Source: a virus
Direction: 5' to 3' (one strand)
Virus record (IMG/VR): IMGVR_UViG_3300047498_000007
Coordinates: 1 to 62,890 of that record
DNA: 62,890 nucleotides
Shown: one piece after another, positions 46,768 to 56,308 of the stretch
Numbering within the stretch: position 1 is the first letter of the stretch
Layout: every line of letters begins with the position of its first letter
Position numbers and translations under genes: made by a program
The notes under the pieces: model-generated
Database searches by the model: none
Seen by the model: the letters and a program-made list of their open reading frames with translations, nothing else
Told to the model about the DNA's origin: nothing

Positions 46768-46995
46768 TCACCCCTGTAAGTTAGCTTCTTCTTTTTCAAA
46801 TACCCGGCTTCCCGCCGATGGTTGCATGATAAAATAACTTTCTTTCTTGAGTATGTTATCACCATTTCTAGCTTCATCAAACTGATACATTGTGCGCTTG
46901 TCAACACATAGATAAACTTCACGGAATCCATTCATAGGATGTTGTTTGGCATAAGCGCGCAATTTCAAAATCAAATCGTTGACATTCATTTTCAT
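46768..46995 (-). CDS. hypothetical protein (75 aa)
   Basis: ATGA overlap with the TerL stop. Confidence 0.5.
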   Translation of the reverse strand: MKMNVNDLILKLRAYAKQHPMNGFREVYLCVDKRTMYQFDEARNGDNILKKESYFIMQPSAGSRVFEKEEANLQG

Positions 46996-48512
46996 CTCCT
47001 CGGATCATATTGATATTCATATTGATGTTGGGACTTCTGCTTTTCAAAACTTGCACGATGGTCCGTCTTCGCAACTGGATGTGCAAGAGTAAGCGCAAGA
47101 GCATCAGCTTTATTAGGAGAAGTAAGACCACGTTTTTTCATATCTTCTTTTTTCTCAAGCTGAATTGCATCCTTACCATTCTTGACTACATAGCCATATT
47201 CGACGCCAACAAGTTCCGAAGCTAAATCTGGATCATCAGGAATGCTTGCACCTTTCAACCAATCACGCATAGATCCCCACATCTCGGCGCGTTTGTTAGA
47301 ATAAATTATAGGGCCGCTCTGAGTGTTGACTGCATAATCAGGAGAAGCACCAAATTGTATTTCAATCACTGGAAGTTTTAATTGACGCAATCGATCGACA
47401 ACGCCACCGCCCACGCCACCACCATCTATGAATATGGCATCCGGTTTATGCTTCATGGCTTCTTCCATGACCCTAGCGGCAACAGTCATGGTGTCCGCGC
47501 CCATCATTGTGATCCATGGTATCTGCGTTGCATCACGACCACGGCGGGTAACAATTACAGACGGATCTGTACCGAAACGTCCAACATCGACACCCATAAC
47601 AACAGGATCTTGCAAGTTGGCATAAGGTGGTCTTTTTCGCGCTTCATCAACAATATCGCCTGGAATAAACTGCATTGAACCAGCACGAGGGAATTCTCCC
47701 TTGACACGAACGCGGACGAAATCACTGTCCTCACCATAATCATCAATCCATTGTTGAATTTCTTGTTTGTTTGTGCCCTCAACATTGCGGCTATCAATTT
47801 GTCTCGTGATCCAACGATGTTTAAAACGACCAAAACATTCTCGAAATCTACCAGTGTTTCTGGTTGGGTTCCCAAAAGCAATCCATATGATTTCGGTGTT
47901 TTCATCGGTCATAGCACCTTCAGACACCTCCCATATCTTGTCACTGATTGAAGATGCTTCATCCATGATGAGCACAATGCGGCGTCCCTTATTATGCAGA
48001 CCAGCAAAACTTTCCGTATTGTCCTCTGACCAAGATATTGCGTCAGCTCTCCATGTTCTTGTCCTTACGGGATCTCGCGATGCTATGGCGGTCGCTGTAA
48101 CATTGAACCAATGCTCGTTGATGCTAAGGCGCATCCACTTACCAACTTCTGGCCAAGTTTTTGTACGAAGCTGAACTTCTGTATTAGCAGTCGCGACAAC
48201 CTTACAATCTGTGCAAGTGGACAGTGCCCAATCGACAATCATAGAAATGCAGGATGTTTTTCCAATACCATGGCCTGACGCCACGGCAATTCTTAAAGGT
48301 TGAAAACGAGTGGCAGGATTCTTCAGATGGTCACGAATTATACCCATGGTTTCGCTTTGCCATGAACGAAGACCTGCGCTATTGCCAATAATTTCTGTAT
48401 TCCAAGGATAAGCAATTTTGGCAAACATGAGGGGATCACGCCTGCATGACGCCATCAACTTAATAAGACGCTCTTCTTCAGAGTGGGTTGGCATCTTTCT
48501 TTCTTTCTGCAA
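46992..48512 (-). CDS. terL: terminase large subunit
   Basis: Walker A is VASGHGIGKTS and Walker B is IVLIMDEAS. The C-terminal RNaseH-like nuclease has VMGVDVGRFGTD and IFIDGGGVG. The start could instead be ATG 48494. Confidence 0.9.
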   Translation of the reverse strand: MQKERKMPTHSEEERLIKLMASCRRDPLMFAKIAYPWNTEIIGNSAGLRSWQSETMGIIRDHLKNPATRFQPLRIAVASGHGIGKTSCISMIVDWALSTCTDCKVVATANTEVQLRTKTWPEVGKWMRLSINEHWFNVTATAIASRDPVRTRTWRADAISWSEDNTESFAGLHNKGRRIVLIMDEASSISDKIWEVSEGAMTDENTEIIWIAFGNPTRNTGRFRECFGRFKHRWITRQIDSRNVEGTNKQEIQQWIDDYGEDSDFVRVRVKGEFPRAGSMQFIPGDIVDEARKRPPYANLQDPVVMGVDVGRFGTDPSVIVTRRGRDATQIPWITMMGADTMTVAARVMEEAMKHKPDAIFIDGGGVGGGVVDRLRQLKLPVIEIQFGASPDYAVNTQSGPIIYSNKRAEMWGSMRDWLKGASIPDDPDLASELVGVEYGYVVKNGKDAIQLEKKEDMKKRGLTSPNKADALALTLAHPVAKTDHRASFEKQKSQHQYEYQYDPRR

Positions 48513-48756
48513 TCATCGCATCAGCAAAACGATAAGCATATTCTGCGTATTGGCCTTCAGTTCCCTTATAAGAATTATTATTCAAAAGCCCTATCATTGA
48601 TGCTTTGGCAAACTCATCTCTTAAATAATTCTTTTCTATTTCTTCTTTAACAGCTATCTCAATAAAACTGCATATCTGGTCGATTGATGATTCGGTTCTT
48701 AATTTATCTGGTCCATATAAATCATTAATTTTTTCAGCTATATCGCGCATTACCAT
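48478..48756 (-). CDS. hypothetical protein (92 aa)
   Basis: ORF immediately upstream of TerL. A small-terminase role is possible but unsupported. Confidence 0.5.
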   Translation of the reverse strand: MVMRDIAEKINDLYGPDKLRTESSIDQICSFIEIAVKEEIEKNYLRDEFAKASMIGLLNNNSYKGTEGQYAEYAYRFADAMIAERKKDANPL

Positions 48757-48956
48757 ACCATCTTCTCCATTGTTTTGTGATGATCATTCATTTTCTGCAA
48801 ACAATCCGCAGCATCAATTCTATTCGGCCTACCAACAACTTGATTTATCAATTCAACAGCATCCTCATACATCATGAATTTCTTTCTTAATTCTTCCAAT
48901 TCTGTTGCGTCCATTTGCATAATACGTTTTAGTAGAAGAAGTTGATCCTGAGTCAT
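48750..48956 (-). CDS. hypothetical protein (68 aa; the ORF is open to 48986)
   Basis: ATG 48956 forms an ATGA overlap with the 59-aa ORF upstream. Confidence 0.45.
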   Translation of the reverse strand: MTQDQLLLLKRIMQMDATELEELRKKFMMYEDAVELINQVVGRPNRIDAADCLQKMNDHHKTMEKMVW

Positions 48957-49132
48957 CTTACCACCTGCCTTTGCGTTAGGTTCCAATTATCGATAGCGTG
49001 ACCTATATTAACTCCTTCCTGTTTGAATTTACAATCTGGACAATAGACGATACTGATATTTCTTTTTTGATCTCTGAATAGAATAGGAAAAATTCTGTCG
49101 AATTGATGACGTCTACAATATTCGATTTTCAT
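48953..49132 (-). CDS. small Cys/His protein (59 aa), below the ORF-track cutoff
   Basis: Translated by hand: MKIEYCRRHQFDRIFPILFRDQKRNISIVYCPDCKFKQEGVNIGHAIDNWNLTQRQVVR. C-x2-H...C-x2-C could form a zinc ribbon. Confidence 0.4.
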   Translation of the reverse strand: MKIEYCRRHQFDRIFPILFRDQKRNISIVYCPDCKFKQEGVNIGHAIDNWNLTQRQVVR

Positions 49133-49136
49133 AATT

Positions 49137-49679
49137 CTAAGAACGTTTAGTAAGCGTCACTATTAAATCACGCCAAGCATTTGTATAATGGTTCATAGCA
49201 AATTGTTTCATTTCTGGATTACGTGAATTCATTGACTCGTCCCAACTTCCAGCAATAATGTGGTCAAAATCACATGTGTAAGTAGAATGCGGCGCTTGTG
49301 CATCACGCCATCCTTTATTTAAATACAACGGCCACCAACCAGACATGGGTGGAAATTTGTGAGTAGGATCGCCATAAGCACAAGCATGAGACCAATTTGG
49401 CGTTACTATTAATGCGTTAGTTTTCGGCTTCATCACACGATAAAGCTCATTAAAAAATGGAATTCGTTCTTCCCCAGTTAAATGCTCAACAAAATGCGAT
49501 GATTTAATTTCATCAACCGAATTATCTTCAAACGGTAAACCGTCTCGAACATCTAAAACATATTTCTGACCAAAATCTATTTGGTCAACGCCAATCCAGC
49601 CGTCTTCTTTAGTTTTTCCACATCCTATGTCGAGTTTGAGTAGTGGTAATTCTACGGAGGGAATATAAACTTCAGTCAT
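49137..49679 (-). CDS. class I SAM-dependent methyltransferase (180 aa)
   Basis: LDIGCGKTKEDGWIGVD is motif I. SVDEIKSSHFVEHL fits the Methyltransf_11-like pattern. Confidence 0.65.
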   Translation of the reverse strand: MTEVYIPSVELPLLKLDIGCGKTKEDGWIGVDQIDFGQKYVLDVRDGLPFEDNSVDEIKSSHFVEHLTGEERIPFFNELYRVMKPKTNALIVTPNWSHACAYGDPTHKFPPMSGWWPLYLNKGWRDAQAPHSTYTCDFDHIIAGSWDESMNSRNPEMKQFAMNHYTNAWRDLIVTLTKRS

Positions 49680-49685
49680 TTTTTG

Positions 49686-50459
49686 CTACCATGTTACGTC
49701 GTCGTCCAATGAATAATGTCCTACCAGCACATTACAATCGACAGCGCACCTATATCCATATTTTCTAGCGTCACCCCAGAAATAAAGATCTTGAGTAGCA
49801 CATCCGTCTTTTGTTTGTGTTTTAAACCATGGTTTGCGAAGACGTGGATCTTTAAACATATCCAGTCTAAAAATATTAAATCCCATTCCAGTTCCCACAC
49901 ACTCAACAATTTTTCCAGGAACAGGAATTTGCGGCCTGAAATTTAATTCAGGATCGCGTGGATCGCCCCATATTTGGGGGCAACCCCCCTCGCCTTTTGT
50001 GAAATACAGTCCACCAATACAAGAAAATTCTGGGTGCTCTTCCATAGACTCCAGTAATTTAACAATACCGTCTGGTTGAGGAACGTTGTCGTGCTCTACA
50101 GTCAAAATATATTTGAATTTTGATAAATCGGGATGGTCTAAAATATTTTGTATCGCCTGACTGTATGCTTCTCCTACTTCCATTCCAACCGCGAACATTC
50201 TAAAAAATTTATTGTTGGGAGGAGCGTATAAATTCAACCAACTAGCAACAACTTTAGTTGGTATTGTTCCGCCTGCAGGGACAAGCATAATTGTATCTAA
50301 TTTTTTCCAAACCGCACTTTGATCGACGCGACGGATTGTGGCGTCTAAATCAGCGTTATGTTTCCCATAATCAGGAGCGCATATCTGGGGTTTTAATTCC
50401 ATATTTTTTGACCAAGAATGAAATACAACGTGTGTAACAATGTACCACAATAATTCCAT
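49686..50459 (-). CDS. GT-A fold glycosyltransferase (family-2-like)
   Basis: TIMLVPAGG is an N-terminal beta-strand. ILTVEHDN occupies the DxD position. The C-terminus is ATQDLYFW...GHY. The start is uncertain (50459 or 50402). Confidence 0.5.
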   Translation of the reverse strand: MELLWYIVTHVVFHSWSKNMELKPQICAPDYGKHNADLDATIRRVDQSAVWKKLDTIMLVPAGGTIPTKVVASWLNLYAPPNNKFFRMFAVGMEVGEAYSQAIQNILDHPDLSKFKYILTVEHDNVPQPDGIVKLLESMEEHPEFSCIGGLYFTKGEGGCPQIWGDPRDPELNFRPQIPVPGKIVECVGTGMGFNIFRLDMFKDPRLRKPWFKTQTKDGCATQDLYFWGDARKYGYRCAVDCNVLVGHYSLDDDVTW

Positions 50460-50470
50460 ACTTCAATATA

Positions 50471-53400
50471 TTAATTCGTCTTTGCGACCATTTGGAGATA
50501 AGTTAAATAGTTACTCATATTGGATATAGATCCCATGCCAAATGTGGTTGAGGTTACGTTGCTTATATTGCCGGATCCCCATCCACGGGTTAAATTTGAA
50601 GTGACGAAAGATGCTGTGTTTCCTAATTCAGCATAACCCTGGGTAGCCGTACTGTAAGCCATAATACCTGGCGCGTTCATAGAAACTACACGAACAAGTC
50701 TGGAGTCATTTGTGCTGCCCGTTGCGGTTGCATTTTGTATTCCCAGCCAATATTCACCTTGGCTTAAAGAAACTGCCCACGGAATAAAGTTAGGACGTAT
50801 GCCTGACATATTACCAGAAATGAAGGAATTCAAAAAAAATGAACTGAACGTGCCGTTTCCATTACTCGTCGAACTAAAACTTGTGGTTCCTGATGATGTA
50901 TTTGCCGATGTAGTTATATTTCCGGCACTATCAATGTTGTTCAAGTAACCAAATTGCACTGTCGTGCTGATCGAAACCGTAGCACTACTAACGTTTGTGT
51001 TCCATTGCCATGCGTTTGTAATGCCAGCTGAATAACTCGTTGTGTTCGAATATACGCTAATGAGCTGAGAGCTTTGGCCAACAGTTCCGGTTGAATAACG
51101 AGAAAATAACACAGCTGTTCCGGTTGCTCCGTAGCTACCATTTGCTGTTGAACTGCCTGACGCACTGACTGACCCAGAAACGCTGTATGTTGTCTGTGAT
51201 TGAGTTGTCATCTGTTGCATCATCACAAGCTGATAAGCTGAGACTGGCACAGAGACAACAAACGGTTGCATGTAAAAAGTGTTGTTTTGTAATGTTTGAG
51301 TTACAGACTGTCCTCTAGGTGTTATTTCATACGCAGAAACATAAGTAATAGCGCCTCCTCCTGCGTCGGGAGCAGAGGCTGATATAACTAGCCCATTTGT
51401 ATTATGGGTAATTGACATGCTGATATTTGTCCCGCCAAATGTCGTGGCTGTATTACTGAAATACTGAGTAACTGACGGTTGTGACGCTGCGTTAACAACA
51501 ATTGTATTGCTCGTTTGACTGAGTGTAATATTTGATCCAGCCATTAAACCTATGGAGCCGGATAAAGTGCTAAATGTTGCACCAGCAGTGCCACCGCCTG
51601 ATGTGCTGGAGAGCATTGAGACAATGTTATATCCATCACCTCCACCACCGCCAGCGCCTCCCGATAGTGATAAAATTAATCCGTTAGTGTTAAGCGTCAT
51701 TGATCCGCTTATATTTGTTCCACCAAACGTTGTACCGGTATTACTGAAATATTGCGTGACAGATGGAACCGTATAAGAAGCAGTAACTGTACTGGCGTTT
51801 GTTCCAAAACTTATGCCATTGCTGTTGGATAAAACAAATTGAGTCTGTGCTGGAAAAGACGCGCTGGCAGTAACAGTGCTGACATTTGTGCCAAAGGTAA
51901 CGTTGTTAGAATTACTAAACACATACGCTGTCTGGGTAGGAACAGTATAACTTGCAATAACGGAACCATTGCTATTTGAGAATGTAAGCCCATTACTATT
52001 AGCAAAATTGAGCGTTGAAAAGTTGCTTGAGCCGCCAGATGCGCTGAAAGCAACTGGCTGAACAGTTTGAGTTGGGACTGTGTAGCTACCAATAACAGAG
52101 CCATTAGAATTACTAAAAGTAAGACCGTTGCTGTTAGCAAAATTCAATGTCGAGAATGCACTCGATCCACCGGAGGCGCTGAATGCTACGGGTTGCGTTG
52201 ATTGGGTCGGAACTGTGTAAGATCCAACAATAGACCCGTTGCTAGTGTAATGACTTAATCCATTTAAATTTCCCATAGTGAGAGTACTGAAAGCAAAACT
52301 ACCGTTGCTTCCGGACACTGCAACAGGTTGGACCGTTTGAGCAGGAAAACTCGCAGAAGCTGTTACGGTAGAAGCGTTTGTTCCAAACGTAACATTGTTT
52401 GAATTACTAAATACATAAGCTGTTTGCGTTGGCACAGTATACGAAGCAGAAATACCGTTCACTCCAGAACTTCCAAAGCTAATACCGTTTGCATTTTGAA
52501 ACGTCACTGTTCCTGAAGTATAGGTCGTATTTGAAATCACTATTCCAGAAATTCCAGTTTGTGCCCCACCAGCGTTGGGGCCAGAGATAGTAATGCTTTG
52601 TCCATTTTGTGATAATGTAATGTTATTACCACCGGCTAATATCATCGTGCCGGAACTTATTAGTGCTAGAGCACCGGATGTGTTGCCAGATAAACTAACA
52701 TCGACGCCCCCGCCTCCTCCTGGAGCCGCCACAGAAGCCGATATGATAATACCGTTCGTGTTTAATGTAATCGAACCGCTGATATTGGTTCCACCGAATG
52801 TGGTTCCAGTATTACTAAAAAATTGAGTGACTGTCGGTACCGTATAGGACGCAATGACCGATCCGTTGCTGTTACTAAATGTCAATCCGTTCGAATTTGC
52901 AAATGTCAAAGTGTTTGCTGTTGAACTGCCCCCAGAGGCACTGAATGCCATAGGCTGTTGTGATTGCGCCGGAACAGTATAACTGCCGGTAATTGTAGAT
53001 CCACTTAATCCGAACGCCAGGCCATTCGAATTACTGAAAGTTAATGCCGATAGGTTGTTCGATGTTGTACCAGCGGATACATTGATGTTGCTGATAAGTC
53101 CGGCTGTGGACGGAACAGTGTAGGAGCCAGTAATGACAGAACTGTTAGACATCCCAAAAGTAAGACCATTACTGTTACTAAATACAACAGTGCCTGAAGT
53201 AGCGGTTTGGGTTCCAGCATTGATACCTCCTGGCGCTGTCGATTGTGAATACGAGGCCGATGCTGTGACAATTGATCCGTTCAGACCAAACGATACGTTG
53301 TTAGAATTTGAAAATGTTAGCGCCGATAAATTCGTCGAAGACGCCCCGGCTGAAATTTTTATATTCGAAAGGAGACCAGCCGTAGAAGGAACCGTATACG

Positions 53401-53779
53401 AAGCACTAATCCCATTTGCGCCAGAACTTCCAAAACTAATGCCGTTTGCGTTTTGGAATGTAACGGTTCCGCTCGTAAAGGTCGTATTCGAAACAACAAG
53501 ACCACTTATGCCAGTTTGAGCGCCGCCAACGGCAGGAATTGATCCAGTGATAACTCCATTACTAAGTCCAAACGACACGTTGTTTGAATTGCTAAATGTT
53601 ATTGAATTAAGTCCAGCTGATGAGGCACCAGCAGAAACAGTCAAAGATCCTCCGCCGCCAATGTTAGAGGTGGCTATGCCTCCGTCAGAAAGTAGAATGC
53701 CTCCGTCACCCATGACAATGTGACCGGAAGAAATAGTCCCGACAATAATTGCGTTCCCTTGATTATTCGGGCCGCTCAT
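50471..53779 (-). CDS. giant Ser/Thr/Asn/Gly-rich modular repeat fibre protein (1102 aa)
   Basis: At least nine SYTVP[ST] junctions. Several 35-60-aa modules are duplicated, for example PTQTAYVFSNSNNVTFGTN.STVTASASFPAQT x2 and QPVAFSASGGSS.FSTLNFANSNGLTFSNSNGSVI x2. Confidence 0.65.
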   Translation of the reverse strand: MSGPNNQGNAIIVGTISSGHIVMGDGGILLSDGGIATSNIGGGGSLTVSAGASSAGLNSITFSNSNNVSFGLSNGVITGSIPAVGGAQTGISGLVVSNTTFTSGTVTFQNANGISFGSSGANGISASYTVPSTAGLLSNIKISAGASSTNLSALTFSNSNNVSFGLNGSIVTASASYSQSTAPGGINAGTQTATSGTVVFSNSNGLTFGMSNSSVITGSYTVPSTAGLISNINVSAGTTSNNLSALTFSNSNGLAFGLSGSTITGSYTVPAQSQQPMAFSASGGSSTANTLTFANSNGLTFSNSNGSVIASYTVPTVTQFFSNTGTTFGGTNISGSITLNTNGIIISASVAAPGGGGGVDVSLSGNTSGALALISSGTMILAGGNNITLSQNGQSITISGPNAGGAQTGISGIVISNTTYTSGTVTFQNANGISFGSSGVNGISASYTVPTQTAYVFSNSNNVTFGTNASTVTASASFPAQTVQPVAVSGSNGSFAFSTLTMGNLNGLSHYTSNGSIVGSYTVPTQSTQPVAFSASGGSSAFSTLNFANSNGLTFSNSNGSVIGSYTVPTQTVQPVAFSASGGSSNFSTLNFANSNGLTFSNSNGSVIASYTVPTQTAYVFSNSNNVTFGTNVSTVTASASFPAQTQFVLSNSNGISFGTNASTVTASYTVPSVTQYFSNTGTTFGGTNISGSMTLNTNGLILSLSGGAGGGGGDGYNIVSMLSSTSGGGTAGATFSTLSGSIGLMAGSNITLSQTSNTIVVNAASQPSVTQYFSNTATTFGGTNISMSITHNTNGLVISASAPDAGGGAITYVSAYEITPRGQSVTQTLQNNTFYMQPFVVSVPVSAYQLVMMQQMTTQSQTTYSVSGSVSASGSSTANGSYGATGTAVLFSRYSTGTVGQSSQLISVYSNTTSYSAGITNAWQWNTNVSSATVSISTTVQFGYLNNIDSAGNITTSANTSSGTTSFSSTSNGNGTFSSFFLNSFISGNMSGIRPNFIPWAVSLSQGEYWLGIQNATATGSTNDSRLVRVVSMNAPGIMAYSTATQGYAELGNTASFVTSNLTRGWGSGNISNVTSTTFGMGSISNMSNYLTYLQMVAKTN

Positions 53780-54099
53780 AGATAAAGTATCGTGTAAGGA
53801 GTGGAGGAGGCGTTTGCGATAAGATACAAACCGTTAATGTAATTATAGCCGTTTCCGATTTTTACTCCACCGATAGGATTGACAGAATCCAAAGTCCAGC
53901 CGCCCAATGGGGCAATACCACAACCAGTGCCGTTAATAATTGGAACAGTTACCCCATCAAAGGTAGCAGCTAGAAATCCTGAATTGCTAGGACTGTGAAT
54001 AGTAAAGTACTGGACAAATTTAGTTAATCCCAAAACAAGAGCTGCCGTAGCCCCGACCGTTCCGGTAATCATAATAGGTTGGAAATTAATAATACTCAT
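53776..54099 (-). CDS. hypothetical protein (107 aa; the ORF is open to 54117)
   Basis: ATG 54099 forms an ATGA overlap with the upstream stop. It is translationally coupled to the 1102-aa gene. Confidence 0.5.
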   Translation of the reverse strand: MSIINFQPIMITGTVGATAALVLGLTKFVQYFTIHSPSNSGFLAATFDGVTVPIINGTGCGIAPLGGWTLDSVNPIGGVKIGNGYNYINGLYLIANASSTPYTILYL

Positions 54100-54380
54100 T
54101 TCCAAAACCTCAACCAACTAAAGAAACCTTTTTTCTTTTTAGGTTCTTCTTTATCGGTTTCGATCGCTACGATCGCTTTGGCTTTTACAGGTTTTGCTTT
54201 CGGATCAGGTTCTTCAAAAACTCCGTCCTTAAACACCATGCCGGTTTTTACTTTAATGTCTCCAAGCTCTATATGATTCTCATGGGCAGGCTCCCCAACA
54301 TGATGCGGGCCTGATACCGTTGCAATAACTTTGTTATTATTATCCAATAAGGCAAAATTCCTTTTGTAATTTGCTTCCAT
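54096..54380 (-). CDS. hypothetical protein with Lys-rich C-terminus (94 aa; the ORF is open to 54443)
   Basis: ATG 54380 is preceded by GAAGG. Confidence 0.5.
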   Translation of the reverse strand: MEANYKRNFALLDNNNKVIATVSGPHHVGEPAHENHIELGDIKVKTGMVFKDGVFEEPDPKAKPVKAKAIVAIETDKEEPKKKKGFFSWLRFWK

Positions 54381-54500
54381 GGCACCTTCCCCAAAGAGAA
54401 GCAACATATTACATAAAAGCTTTAACAAACTCAATCTTGTCAATTAGGTTATTATGGTTGCCCATAAATGGGGATAACTTACCAAGTCGCCATCAGTCAC

Positions 54501-54818
54501 TCACAACTTCACCGCCTTCTCAGCCCTGTCAATCTTATCTCCCAATCCCACACTATCCACCAACATACTCTTCTGAACCTTATCCAATAAATCCATGCGC
54601 TCTTTAATTCTTTTCTCAAATCGTTCCTGCTTGATATCCAAATCTCTCTTCAACCCATCAATCAATTCATTCTGCGCTTTCATCGTCTTCGTCACAGCCT
54701 CAATGAACTGACCAAAATCAATTTTAATATTGCTCGCAATTCCCTTCATCACAACATTCACTTCTTCCAAAATTGCCTTGCGGTCAACTATTTCTTTGGG
54801 TGGCTGCTTGTAGCTCAT
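54501..54818 (-). CDS. hypothetical coiled-coil protein (105 aa; the ORF is open to 54890)
   Basis: ATG 54818 forms an ATGA overlap with the DUF551-like gene stop. Confidence 0.5.
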   Translation of the reverse strand: MSYKQPPKEIVDRKAILEEVNVVMKGIASNIKIDFGQFIEAVTKTMKAQNELIDGLKRDLDIKQERFEKRIKERMDLLDKVQKSMLVDSVGLGDKIDRAEKAVKL

Positions 54819-55138
54819 GATGGTGCTCCAGGAAGTGGCATCCAATGGGTTGGTGTTTTTGTAAAAGCAGTATATTCTGTGCAATACCAATTTTCTTTAT
54901 CAAAACATCCAACAAAACGATACCCAGTTTCGTTTTTACCAATAAATGATCCGCCTTCGTCTCCTGGCTGATACAACAATATTCTTGTTCCATCCTTCGG
55001 AGCTGTCTCAATTCTCTCCCATAATTCCTTTGCAGCATCCTCCTGCACAGCCTTAATCAACTCTTCAAATTCATTCCCTCTCACATTCAACACATGCTTG
55101 TTAAGAAATTGCGATGTCCATTCACTAGCGGGTTTCAT
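54815..55138 (-). CDS. DUF551-like protein (107 aa)
   Basis: The C-terminal TPTHWMPLPGAPS matches the DUF551 signature W-x-PLP. Confidence 0.65.
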   Translation of the reverse strand: MKPASEWTSQFLNKHVLNVRGNEFEELIKAVQEDAAKELWERIETAPKDGTRILLYQPGDEGGSFIGKNETGYRFVGCFDKENWYCTEYTAFTKTPTHWMPLPGAPS

Positions 55139-55401
55139 TTACCAACTTCCTCAATCAATTTCTTCCCCTTCTCCGTCAACATCCCAAACATATCCCTCCT
55201 ATCCTCCTCACTCCTTCTCCTCACCAACATCTTCGCTCTCCATAATCCATCAAATGCTCTCGATATAGAGGGTCTTGGAACTTTTAACTTCATCGCTATG
55301 TCTCTTAACATCATAGGATCGCCAGTGGTATATAATACCTGAAGGACCGCAAGCTGTCTTACAGTCATATTGTTGTATTTAAGGAGAGGGGTCAGATTCA
55401 T
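55135..55401 (-). CDS. MarR-type winged-helix transcriptional regulator (88 aa)
   Basis: MTVRQLAVLQVLYTTGDPMMLRDIAMKLKVPRPSISRAFDGLWRAKMLVRRRSEEDRRDMFGMLTEKGKKL is a canonical MarR wHTH core. Confidence 0.7.
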   Translation of the reverse strand: MNLTPLLKYNNMTVRQLAVLQVLYTTGDPMMLRDIAMKLKVPRPSISRAFDGLWRAKMLVRRRSEEDRRDMFGMLTEKGKKLIEEVGK

Positions 55402-55510
55402 TTCTTTCTCGTATCATGTTGATATCGGAATGTCAAATAAAAAAATATTTTTTGTGAAAAATAAAAAGTTCAGATTTGAATATTATTTGTGACAGTACAT
55501 ATAAAGGCTG

Positions 55511-55550
55511 CCCCCACCCGCTGTTGGGGGTTTCCCCATACGGCATGGGG
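55511..55550 (-). terminator. two tandem GC hairpins after the 146-aa gene
   Basis: CCCCCA-cccgctgt-TGGGGG (55511..55530) and CCCCAT-acggc-ATGGGG (55534..55550). Confidence 0.4.
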
Positions 55551-55556
55551 GTCTAA

Positions 55557-55997
55557 TTATGGAAGTTGTTTATTGGTTGAAGGAAGTGATGGTAGTTCTT
55601 CTGCATCACCTTCGATGATGATAAGTTTCTCAGCTTCATCAAGTCTTGAACCTAGTTGATGTGTAACTACAAGATCAGCAGTGATTGCAGGCTTGCCAAG
55701 AAGACGATCGAAAATAATCATAACAGCAGATTGACCAGTCTTTTTGCAAGACTCGCTTACAAGCTGACAAATGGATGCATCAATAGCAGCAAGTTTGTTC
55801 CATTTTTTGGGATTAAGAATTAATTCTTCAATCTCTCCAACCGTCTTTGTTTCATACCACATAGCCATTCGATCTTTAAGAGATTGGCCAGCAGCAGGGC
55901 GACCCTTTGGGTTAATTGACGGTCCACCCTTACGCATATTAGGGTTTCCAGTAGGTTTATAAGGCTTTTTTTCAATAATCTGTTGATTATCAAGCAT
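55557..55997 (-). CDS. putative DNA-binding / small-terminase-like protein (146 aa)
   Basis: GNPNMRKGGPSINPKGRPAAG plus IFDRLLGKP resemble DUF5681/terminase-small N-terminal motifs. It is the first gene of the leftward block. Confidence 0.35.
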   Translation of the reverse strand: MLDNQQIIEKKPYKPTGNPNMRKGGPSINPKGRPAAGQSLKDRMAMWYETKTVGEIEELILNPKKWNKLAAIDASICQLVSESCKKTGQSAVMIIFDRLLGKPAITADLVVTHQLGSRLDEAEKLIIIEGDAEELPSLPSTNKQLP

Positions 55998-56308
55998 TTA
56001 GCTAAATTATCCTTAAATGTTGATGGTCGAGACAAGGGGAAAATCTCAACAATCATGTTAATCATAAGTAATTCATTGAATAATTAATTTAATGCATTTG
56101 ACGATTTTAGTCAATTTCAATCGAAAATCTTTAAATAACGAACACAAAGGCTTCCAATGTGGTTAAAACCTCCATCCATTGTTGAGACTTCTTTCTAGAA
56201 AATGGCTGAAGGAAGTAAGTGAAAGAATGTTCGTTAAATATTATCAATAAGATAACACTAATAGTTAACAAAAAAAGAGACTTATTGGTCGGGTGGTTAG
56301 GAGAGAGG

